In this document: in pieces, positions 18,040-26,544 of the stretch | Numbering within the stretch: the first letter of the stretch is position 1 | Layout: each line of letters begins with the position of its first letter | From: a virus | Lineage: Duplodnaviria > Caudoviricetes | Strand: one strand, 5' to 3' | Length of the DNA: 64,000 nt | Virus record (IMG/VR): IMGVR_UViG_3300009420_000006 | Coordinates: 1 to 64,000 of that record | Position numbers and translations under genes: made by a program | Notes under the pieces: generated by a model | Database searches by the model: none | What the model saw: only the letters and a program-made list of their open reading frames with translations | Told to the model about the DNA's origin: nothing

Positions 18040-19605
18040 ATGGCAATTCAAACAATTCCAGGTTTAACTGGCTTTACTTATGCACGTGTAGCGTCTATGG
18101 ATGCACGAGCTGTAGGTAAGCTGACAGATGCGAACCACCTAGAGTCCTTTCACTCTACTGAGCCTGCAGACTATGATAAAAAGATTATCAGTCTGTATAC
18201 TCAATCTTCATTGTATAGCAATGATTTTCTAGACATGATTAACAAGAGTACTCCTTATTACATTGACACAAACTCAGATGCGTGGAAGTGGAATATAGCT
18301 GTACCTTACAAATTCCCTAAAATTATTGACATTCCAAAATCTACTAAAGATATCATTGCTGGTACTGGTAAGGTTGGAATTGATGGTCAAGAGTTTGAGC
18401 TTATATTAAGTTCTAACGAGTTCTCTAAGAACGCTATCATCTCTGTAGGAACACGTCAATATGGACCACGTTTTTACGTGATAAAAGATCCACAACCATG
18501 GAACATGGGATGGATTTACAAATTTACATTAGTAAGTGATAACCCAACAGTAGACTTCGTTAATACTACATTTTTAGCACAAGGTGTTGAATTAGAATTA
18601 GTAGATGCTGCAATTGGAGAATTTGATCAAGACTTATTAGGTCTTCCTAGATTAGGTGAAGAAATCACTATGTTCGAATCATTAGGTTCTGCATATGGTT
18701 ATGAGCACAAAATTACGGAATGGGCTGATGATAAAATGTTAAGAGACTCTTCTGGGAAACCATTAGATATTTTAGTATATGCACCACAACAACGTAATCA
18801 ACTTCCTTTAAGAAGAGAAGACGTTAAATGGGAACCGTTCATTGAGTTCTGGATGCGTAAGTCTATGTTAGAATTAAAAGTTAAACGTATGATCTGGGCT
18901 TCTCCAGGTACGGTTAAAACTAATGGATCTAAACAAGAATTAAAAAGAACTTCTGCTGGTGTATACCACAGAATGAGAAATAATGGAAACTTAGTACAGT
19001 ATAACAGAGGTGAATTCTCTGCTAACTTAATACGTGCAGTTTTCGGTGATCTATTCTATCGTAGAGTGGATGTTAAAGATCGTAGAGTTAAAATGTATAC
19101 TAATGAGGCTGGATTCGATGTATTCCAACAAGCTCTTAAAGATGATGCACTTAATTCAGGTCTTACTTTCATGGCAGATTCTGGAAACAGATACATGCAA
19201 GGTGAAGGACAAAACATTACTTATAACTTTGCTTTCGATGCAATGGTTACGAGAGAAACAGGTCGTGTTGAATTGGTTCACTTAAAAGAACTAGATTTAC
19301 CACAAACTAATTTAGAATTTGGACAAAACATGAAATCTACGCCAGTATTTATGGTGTTTGATGTTTCTCCATTATCTGATGGTGCAATGGTAAATAATAT
19401 CCGTGAAGTTCGTATGCAAGGTGCTCCTTCTATGACTTGGGGTTATATTGATGGTACTCGTTCCCACTTAGGCTTTGCGAAGTCTCAAGGAATGCAGTCT
19501 GCTAACAAATTCCCAGGATATGAGTTATGGATGAAAGATCGTTGTGATGTATTCATTGAAGACTTATCTAGAACTGTGTTAATTGAAGAAATTCCACAAT
19601 TCTAA
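18040..19605 (+). CDS. major capsid protein
   Basis: 521 aa in the crAss MCP position; VKMYTNEAGFDVF resembles the crAss MCP TGxxG region; codon usage consistent with high expression. Confidence 0.85.
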   Translation: MAIQTIPGLTGFTYARVASMDARAVGKLTDANHLESFHSTEPADYDKKIISLYTQSSLYSNDFLDMINKSTPYYIDTNSDAWKWNIAVPYKFPKIIDIPKSTKDIIAGTGKVGIDGQEFELILSSNEFSKNAIISVGTRQYGPRFYVIKDPQPWNMGWIYKFTLVSDNPTVDFVNTTFLAQGVELELVDAAIGEFDQDLLGLPRLGEEITMFESLGSAYGYEHKITEWADDKMLRDSSGKPLDILVYAPQQRNQLPLRREDVKWEPFIEFWMRKSMLELKVKRMIWASPGTVKTNGSKQELKRTSAGVYHRMRNNGNLVQYNRGEFSANLIRAVFGDLFYRRVDVKDRRVKMYTNEAGFDVFQQALKDDALNSGLTFMADSGNRYMQGEGQNITYNFAFDAMVTRETGRVELVHLKELDLPQTNLEFGQNMKSTPVFMVFDVSPLSDGAMVNNIREVRMQGAPSMTWGYIDGTRSHLGFAKSQGMQSANKFPGYELWMKDRCDVFIEDLSRTVLIEEIPQF

Positions 19606-19617
19606 ATATATAAGATA

Positions 19618-19742
19618 GGTGAATTTAATGTTCACCATTCTCAGAGAAGTGTCCCCTCACCCACACTGTCCCTCCTCAGAGGGGACATACTTCTCTAACT
19701 TGAGTACTGGATTAAGTTCCTACCTGTTCAATCAGAGTACTC
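19618..19742 (+). other. structured intergenic region with three hairpins after MCP
   Basis: Stems GGTGAA/TTCACC, AGAGAAGTGTCCCCTC/GAGGGGACATACTTCTCT and GAGTACT/AGTACTC. Confidence 0.6.
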
Positions 19743-19784
19743 TACAAATTATAAAACCAAAGAATTAATTAATAAAACTACATT

Positions 19785-20753
19785 ATGGGTAAATTAGGTA
19801 AAATCTCTACGATAACGAGAGTATACAACAATACACAAGTTCAAACTTTACAAAGTGGTCTATCAAAGGCAGGTATGACAAGAATTCCTGGAACAGGAGT
19901 TTTTAAATATCCTTACAAAGAATTAGATGGTAAATACAGAACAGGGCTAGATCCTGATGCTGGTTATATCAGAAGAATTCAAGATCCAACTGAAAAAGAA
20001 CTTGAAATAGAAAGAGTAACTGCTCTAAAAGATAAGCTACAAAGTGTATTAGGAGATATTGATTTAGGACCAAGAGCAAAATTCTGGAACTATGGATTAT
20101 CTACAGGAGTAAATGATTCACTTCATGTTAAAGCAGTAAAGCTTTTAGATGGTGATAATATGTATGACTTAGATGTACCAATTCAAGAGATTTCTTTTGC
20201 TTGGTTAAGAGTTCATCCAACTATTGCATCCTCATACCAAGCATGGGAAAGAGGAGAATTTCCAGCAGATACACAGTTTTATGTTGTTAATGATGAGATA
20301 GAAAGTCAACTAGTTTATAAAAAGAAGCAACTTATTAACAGAGCTATCATCAAGTTTGATGGCATGAGTATAGAAAAGAAAAGAAAAGTTGCAAGACTTC
20401 TAGGATTACCAGTAACAAGTGACTCTAAAGAAGAAGTAGTTTATAACTTAGTAGACAACATGTTAAAGCTAACAGAAGTAAAAACTGGAAACTTCCAAGG
20501 ATTAAATCCGATAGAAGTATTCAACAGATTTGCTGACATGAAAGAAAATTTACTCCATATTAAAGATTTAATTAAACAAGCTATACAACATTCAATCTAT
20601 AGACTTAAGCCAAGTGGCAAGGTTTATGAAGGAGAATACGAAGTAGCAATGGATGAAGAAGAATTAGTAAAATATTTAATTGATGAAGATCATCAAGATG
20701 ATTTACTAGTACTTGAAAAGAAATTGAAATCTAAGAAACTAGCTGCGGTATAA
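19785..20753 (+). CDS. conserved crAss-like protein (gene 75 position)
   Basis: 322 aa immediately after MCP; call based on synteny. Confidence 0.65.
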   Translation: MGKLGKISTITRVYNNTQVQTLQSGLSKAGMTRIPGTGVFKYPYKELDGKYRTGLDPDAGYIRRIQDPTEKELEIERVTALKDKLQSVLGDIDLGPRAKFWNYGLSTGVNDSLHVKAVKLLDGDNMYDLDVPIQEISFAWLRVHPTIASSYQAWERGEFPADTQFYVVNDEIESQLVYKKKQLINRAIIKFDGMSIEKKRKVARLLGLPVTSDSKEEVVYNLVDNMLKLTEVKTGNFQGLNPIEVFNRFADMKENLLHIKDLIKQAIQHSIYRLKPSGKVYEGEYEVAMDEEELVKYLIDEDHQDDLLVLEKKLKSKKLAAV

Positions 20754-20782
20754 GTAGCTAGTTTTTATAAACATAGTTAAAT

Positions 20783-21514
20783 ATGATACCAGTAGATAGT
20801 TTATTATACAAAATAGATCAAAAACTAAATAAACTATCAACTAACGAGCACCAACAGATTGCATTAGAAGACAAAATCTTAAGCTTGAATGAAGCTCAGA
20901 TTAAGTTGATAAAACAAAAAGTTGATGGTTTTAGTGTTCCTAGCCGATTAGGTTATGACTCTTTTAAGAAAAGGTATGAGGATTTACAGAATCTAGTTGT
21001 AGATTTTACAAATCAACCATTACCGTTAGTGGAATCTAACAAAGAATTACATCAATGGGATGCTGACTTAACTGTACTTAAACCTAAGTATATGTTTTAT
21101 GTAGACAGTTATGTACTAGCAAACAAAGGTAGATGCAAAGATCGGATAATATGGATTAATAAAGATCTTAGTAAACATGGAGACTTATCTCTTTTACTAA
21201 ACAATGATCATTATAAACCAAGTTTTGAGTATCAAGAAACTCTGAATGGAATATCTTCCTCTGCAATAAGTGTATACACTGATGGTACATTTACCCCCAC
21301 AACTATACAAATTATGTACATGAGATATCCTGTCTATATAAATAAGGCAGGATACATCATGTTAGATGGAACTCCATCAACTAACGTAAATTGTGAACTA
21401 GAACTATATCTAGAGGATGAGATTGTAGATTTAACAGTTCAGAATCTAGCTATGTACACAGAGAATGCTGCTGCTGTACAAAGTGCCCAATTTAGAATAC
21501 AAACAAATGAATAA
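20783..21514 (+). CDS. head-tail adaptor/ring-like protein (gene 74 position)
   Basis: LNEAQIKLIK, YMRYP and CELELYLEDEIVDLTV patterns; synteny. Confidence 0.7.
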   Translation: MIPVDSLLYKIDQKLNKLSTNEHQQIALEDKILSLNEAQIKLIKQKVDGFSVPSRLGYDSFKKRYEDLQNLVVDFTNQPLPLVESNKELHQWDADLTVLKPKYMFYVDSYVLANKGRCKDRIIWINKDLSKHGDLSLLLNNDHYKPSFEYQETLNGISSSAISVYTDGTFTPTTIQIMYMRYPVYINKAGYIMLDGTPSTNVNCELELYLEDEIVDLTVQNLAMYTENAAAVQSAQFRIQTNE

Positions 21515-21541
21515 TAATATAACCCTTAAACACAATAAATT

Positions 21542-22681
21542 ATGAGTACATTCGCGTTAACCACGTTATTCGTGGTGCCAGTAGGTCAGACAGCTCTGCC
21601 TAGCACTGGTTCGACTCAAGACCTTACAAAAGGTCAAGTAGGATTTTACAAAAGTGATTATGCTGTAGCAACTGCTGCAAACATAGCTGCTTCTCCGTAT
21701 TTTTACGTAGCACAAGGTAGAGAAAACACCTACCTTCAAGGATCTAAAAGATCTGACAAAATTAAAGGCTGCCCATCTGGGTCAGGCTGTAACTCTAACG
21801 TAACTGAGTGGTATAAAGCTTCTGGGTGTTCCCAAGCTGCTAACCAGATTACTGACGTTACAGACTTTAAAGTAGGATGTGGTGAGATAGTCACATTAAC
21901 ATTACGTGCTTTTTCTTCTTACATTAATACTTTATACTTCAACGGATTTACACGTTCAGTAACTGTTAACGCTCCATGTTGTGAGTGTGGTGGTGATGTG
22001 TGTACTGATGTAGATGTTAATGCATTAATCAATTCACTTATCGTTAAGTTAGAGCAATCTGCTCCTGGCGATAATCCAGACAACGTATCTTTCAAAAGTT
22101 TCTTTACATTTGAAAACGTTGGTGGAACAAAATTAAGAATACATGGTAAACCATTAACTAAATATGGACAACCTTGTGATGTTGCTGCATTCCCATTTGA
22201 ATATGACAGAATGTATTTCAACGCATTTATTTATGATGGACCAGCTACAACTGCTGACTTTATCGTTGCTGATGCTTGTAACATTGTTGCTACATCTTCT
22301 ATAATCCAAAATGCTACTTATCCTTCTGGATTAGCTGCTGAATGGAAACAAGCAGAAATCAATTACTATAGCTACCAAGCTGGGTATTTAAAATCTCTAT
22401 ACAGAATGGGAGGATACAATGAGAACTTTGAGTCTTATGTAACTGACGGAGTTGTATATGATAGCTACTATATCAGATTCAATGAATATGATAGAGGTGC
22501 ATATCAATGGGGTGATTTTATCCATCAAGATTCTATCGTAATGATAGCCGTACCTAATGCTGACACTGATGGTGGAAGTGGTATAGCTGCTGACGTAGAA
22601 GCTGTTTTAGTTGCTGCTCTTGGTGCTGTTGTTGATAATAATACTTGTATTACAACTACAACTACTACAACTGCTGCATAA
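21542..22681 (+). CDS. abundant structural protein (gene 73 / auxiliary capsid-like) with Thr tail
   Basis: Synteny, MCP-like codon usage, followed by a terminator, ends in TTTTTTTAA. Confidence 0.65.
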   Translation: MSTFALTTLFVVPVGQTALPSTGSTQDLTKGQVGFYKSDYAVATAANIAASPYFYVAQGRENTYLQGSKRSDKIKGCPSGSGCNSNVTEWYKASGCSQAANQITDVTDFKVGCGEIVTLTLRAFSSYINTLYFNGFTRSVTVNAPCCECGGDVCTDVDVNALINSLIVKLEQSAPGDNPDNVSFKSFFTFENVGGTKLRIHGKPLTKYGQPCDVAAFPFEYDRMYFNAFIYDGPATTADFIVADACNIVATSSIIQNATYPSGLAAEWKQAEINYYSYQAGYLKSLYRMGGYNENFESYVTDGVVYDSYYIRFNEYDRGAYQWGDFIHQDSIVMIAVPNADTDGGSGIAADVEAVLVAALGAVVDNNTCITTTTTTTAA

Positions 22682-22716
22682 GGAATAAACTACCTAATAC
22701 AATACTAACCTAATCT

Positions 22717-22764
22717 AATACCAGAGAGGCGAGGATAACGCTCAATCCTCTGGTATTTTTTTTT
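22717..22764 (+). terminator. intrinsic terminator
   Basis: AATACCAGAG...CTCTGGTATT stem followed by a T-run. Confidence 0.8.
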
Positions 22765-22775
22765 AAATAAAACTT

Positions 22776-23342
22776 ATGGCAGCCAATTTTCAGTTAGATC
22801 TTATTGTCCCTCCTAGCTATAGTGTAAATTTACTTGCTGTTACAGATGCGTCTATCTATCCAGATGACCCACCTCTTGTATCATCACCAAGTATTGAAAT
22901 TCAGGTCCCAACATTTGGAACCAAGATATTACCTTTTGTACCTTTAGAGACAAACATTTTTGCATCAGATACTTTAGGTATTACTGAAGCTGGATGTAAA
23001 CAAGCACTACCAGATGGTATTTACCATTTGAAGTATTCTGTTGCACCTGCATATCTAAATTATGTTGAGAAAACAATCATGCGTATAGACAAACTTCAAG
23101 AAAAGTTTGATAGTGCATTTTTAAAACTTAATATGATGGAATGTGCAAGTGAATTAAGAACACAATCAAGTGTAACATTAAATACAATTAATTTCTTTAT
23201 TCAAGGCTCTTTAGCAGCTGCTAATAATTGTGCTGAGAAAGAAGCATTAACACTATACAATCAAGCTAGTGATATGCTTGATACATTTATAAAATCAAAC
23301 TGTGGTTGTACAGGAAACAACTATAGAGTAAACTTCAGATAA
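22776..23342 (+). CDS. putative structural protein
   Basis: 188 aa with LPDGIYHLKYSVAP and a Cys-containing helical C-terminus. Confidence 0.7.
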   Translation: MAANFQLDLIVPPSYSVNLLAVTDASIYPDDPPLVSSPSIEIQVPTFGTKILPFVPLETNIFASDTLGITEAGCKQALPDGIYHLKYSVAPAYLNYVEKTIMRIDKLQEKFDSAFLKLNMMECASELRTQSSVTLNTINFFIQGSLAAANNCAEKEALTLYNQASDMLDTFIKSNCGCTGNNYRVNFR

Positions 23343-23344
23343 TT

Positions 23345-23455
23345 ATGGCCCAGTGTGCAGGATGTGGAACTAAGGTGGGATGTGCGTGCAGATTAAATAA
23401 TGGTCTATGTGCCAGCTGTCGAGCTAAATTAAAAGAAAAGCAAGGTAAAAAGTAA
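23345..23455 (+). CDS. 36-aa six-Cys peptide (not in ORF track)
   Basis: MAQCAGCGTKVGCACRLNNGLCASCRAKLKEKQGKK; fills the gap between two genes. Confidence 0.7.
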   Translation: MAQCAGCGTKVGCACRLNNGLCASCRAKLKEKQGKK

Positions 23456-23460
23456 GATAT

Positions 23461-26400
23461 ATGTTATCACCAAAATTAACCAATTGCAAAGGATGTGCAG
23501 ACATTCCTGATTTACTTAGAAGAATAGACTGTAAATTAGCAGAGCTAGGTAACAACTTATACAACAATGTTGTATTTATGTTGAATAGACCCATAGCGGT
23601 TACTGATATATCACAACTTTTAGTATACAAACGTGTACTAATGTTTAGATATTGTGATACACATTATGCAACTAGATGCCCAGAGATAAGTACAGAGGAT
23701 ATTGCTAGCAAGGTTATTCGTCTTACTGCTGGTTGTGTTTCATTATGTAATGAACCAACAGTATGTGAGATAACTACATGTGCTATTAAGCCATGTCCTA
23801 ATCCTACAACTACTACTACTAGTACATCTAGTACAAGTACAACTAGTACAACCTCTACAAGTAGTACAACAACAAGTACAACAACAATTAACTGTAACTT
23901 TACTGGTGTAATTGATTGTAGTATTACAACAACAACAACCACTACACCTCCTCCTACTACTACAACAACAACCAGTTATTTCCCAGATGCATTTGGTATA
24001 CCATGTTTATGGTCTACTAATGGAGGCAATCCAGGAAATCTAGCTGTATATAACTTTGATACTAATACGGCTACTGAAGTATTAGTTCCTAATGACTTTA
24101 CTACTACAGTAGGTATTGAAAGACCTATATGTGCTACAGAAGATAAATTATGGTTAGCTAGTGTACTTGATCAAGGATCTAATTCAAATCATAATGACGA
24201 TGTTGTATATATTAGAGAGTGGAATATAGATGGAACTACACCAAATGCTCCTACACTAACTTATGTAAGAGAAATAACAGTTTTAATAGGACAATACTCA
24301 GGAGCTAATCTTGGAGGTACAGCTGTGCAGGCTATGACTGCTATAAGTAATGATAGACTTATTATTGGAACAGGTAATCTAGATGGACAACCCTCAGGTA
24401 CTGGTGGAAGTGGTAGTATATATGTTCAAGAATTTAATATTGCTTCTGGAGGAAATATTACAATTTCCGGAAATGATATGTCTTCTAGCTGGGCAGCTGC
24501 TGGACAACCTAATGCAGCTAAATTGAGTAATCTTACTTATACAAACTCAGGGCAACTTGTATTAGGATATAGAACAGATCTTCGTCCTGATGGATCTGGT
24601 TCAGCAGGTAATGTAGGTAACTACTTAAGAGTATTCCCTACAACTCCATCTGATCCTGACTTTTCTATAAATAATACGGCAATTCAAATTATAAAACTTC
24701 AGGAACAAGGATATCCAGAATTTACAAATACTTATGTAGGACCAAAAGATGCACCTTTCTGGGGTGTAAATGGATTAGCACAAGTATTACAACCAGAAAC
24801 TCTGAATGTATATACTCTAGATCAGTTACCTCAGCAAACTTTTCCTGGAGGATATCAATTATCATTGACTACTAATGTAAGTAGTTCTAATGATTGGTTA
24901 AGTTCAGCTACAAATTGTTCTAATATTGAATTTAGTATACTTGACTCTCCTGACTGTGGTCTTACTTATTTCCCTCCATTCTTTGAACTTGGTAGTCAGA
25001 CTTATCTTGGACCTCAGACATTCCAATATGCTGGAATGACATGTACAGCAAGTCTATCTAATACTTTAACTTCTGTTAGGACTGGTCTACCATCTAATAT
25101 GGGTATGGAGTTTTTAGGATGTAGTGGACTTGTGAAACCACAATATCCTGGGGTTGGAGTAACTAAAAGTGTTATTGTACAAGGTAATGACTTTAGTATT
25201 ACAATAGATTTCCCTCAACCAGTTAATAATATTCCAATTAGAGCTGGTGTTTTAAATAGTACTACAGATGGTACAGGAGGAGATGTATACTACGTAGATA
25301 CTAATGGTGGACCTGTAACACTTTCTATAAATCAAGGATGTTTTGCTCAAGTTAATGGTAACAGACTATTTGGTGGAGTAGCAAATCCTCCAGGAGAACC
25401 AAATGCATATAGCAATGAAGGAGATGGAGAGTTTAAAGTTACTTCTACCAATAGCTTTACTTCTATGACAATATATGGTAATGCACCAACTGGTGGACCA
25501 TTGTTCTTAGGATGTCCTCCAATAAATTGTGACAACATGTTCTTTATAGAACAAGGAGGTTCTTCTTGTAATGCTCCTGAAAATGCTGGACTTTGTCCAA
25601 TACCACCAGTTGTTCCAATAAATCAAACTTCATTTACTAAAATGTATGTTTGGAATAAATTAACAGATGTGTGTACAGAAGTACCAACTCCAGTAGGTGA
25701 AGGATTTGCTTCTGGTGATACTGGAATAGGAGATAATATAATTGTAATGTCTTCTAACATTAACACCTCCAGTACCTTTAAAGAAGCCTTTATAAAATAT
25801 ACATACGATAATGTAAATGACGTTCCTGGCAACCTACAGTGGGATGGAGTACAATATGAGTTACCTACTGTCTGGAAAGATTATAACAATAATTCATTTA
25901 TTCCAAATCTTGAGGTAATTGATGATCAAACAATAGGTGTAATAGTAACTACAAGTGTTGCTGCACCAGAATATAGAGAATCTAAATTCTTAGTTTGTAC
26001 ATTCCCTACAACTGGTACAGAAATGATAGTTGAAGAGAAATTTACTCTTTCAGCAGGACATATAGGATCTGGAGATATAGTAGTAACATATAAAGTAGAT
26101 GGTGTAACACCGAACAAAGTTCTAGTGTTAGGAGGAGTAGATGTATTTGTAAATGATAATAATTTTCTAGATAGCATACTTGCAGTTCAACAATATGACT
26201 ATGATACAGGAGTTCTAGAAGTAACTACAAGAAGAGATGACTTTGGAGTTGATCCAACAATGGGTGGTGCATACTTAGCTATAGTGGATGGAGAACTTTA
26301 TGCAGGAGCTAACTTGGCATGTAAGATATCTTTTACTGCTCCATATGCGTGGACTCAACTAAATGCTAATGAGAGATCATGTCCTGCTGGTGGAGCTGGT

Positions 26401-26544
26401 ACATTACCTGGATGTAGAAAAAGTGATGGGTTTATTATAGATCCTAATGTAACCACTACTACAACTAGTAGCACAACAACGATAATACCATCTGGTGTAA
26501 GAACAATATTCACTAAATTTTATCCTATTGTAACTAATAATTGA
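23461..26544 (+). CDS. large modular putative virion/fibre protein with Thr-rich linkers
   Basis: Cys-rich N-terminal domain, poly-Thr tracts, two related beta-rich domains. Confidence 0.7.
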   Translation: MLSPKLTNCKGCADIPDLLRRIDCKLAELGNNLYNNVVFMLNRPIAVTDISQLLVYKRVLMFRYCDTHYATRCPEISTEDIASKVIRLTAGCVSLCNEPTVCEITTCAIKPCPNPTTTTTSTSSTSTTSTTSTSSTTTSTTTINCNFTGVIDCSITTTTTTTPPPTTTTTTSYFPDAFGIPCLWSTNGGNPGNLAVYNFDTNTATEVLVPNDFTTTVGIERPICATEDKLWLASVLDQGSNSNHNDDVVYIREWNIDGTTPNAPTLTYVREITVLIGQYSGANLGGTAVQAMTAISNDRLIIGTGNLDGQPSGTGGSGSIYVQEFNIASGGNITISGNDMSSSWAAAGQPNAAKLSNLTYTNSGQLVLGYRTDLRPDGSGSAGNVGNYLRVFPTTPSDPDFSINNTAIQIIKLQEQGYPEFTNTYVGPKDAPFWGVNGLAQVLQPETLNVYTLDQLPQQTFPGGYQLSLTTNVSSSNDWLSSATNCSNIEFSILDSPDCGLTYFPPFFELGSQTYLGPQTFQYAGMTCTASLSNTLTSVRTGLPSNMGMEFLGCSGLVKPQYPGVGVTKSVIVQGNDFSITIDFPQPVNNIPIRAGVLNSTTDGTGGDVYYVDTNGGPVTLSINQGCFAQVNGNRLFGGVANPPGEPNAYSNEGDGEFKVTSTNSFTSMTIYGNAPTGGPLFLGCPPINCDNMFFIEQGGSSCNAPENAGLCPIPPVVPINQTSFTKMYVWNKLTDVCTEVPTPVGEGFASGDTGIGDNIIVMSSNINTSSTFKEAFIKYTYDNVNDVPGNLQWDGVQYELPTVWKDYNNNSFIPNLEVIDDQTIGVIVTTSVAAPEYRESKFLVCTFPTTGTEMIVEEKFTLSAGHIGSGDIVVTYKVDGVTPNKVLVLGGVDVFVNDNNFLDSILAVQQYDYDTGVLEVTTRRDDFGVDPTMGGAYLAIVDGELYAGANLACKISFTAPYAWTQLNANERSCPAGGAGTLPGCRKSDGFIIDPNVTTTTTSSTTTIIPSGVRTIFTKFYPIVTNN

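Noticed and set aside
2563-19605. Introns or inteins in polB, terL or MCP, as occur in some crAss-like phages
   Set aside because: The genes are continuous and of ordinary length, and no homing endonuclease or intein motifs were noticed.
19628-19768. 46-codon ORF between MCP and the gene 75-like gene
   Set aside because: It coincides with the hairpins and has atypical codons; better explained as structured RNA.
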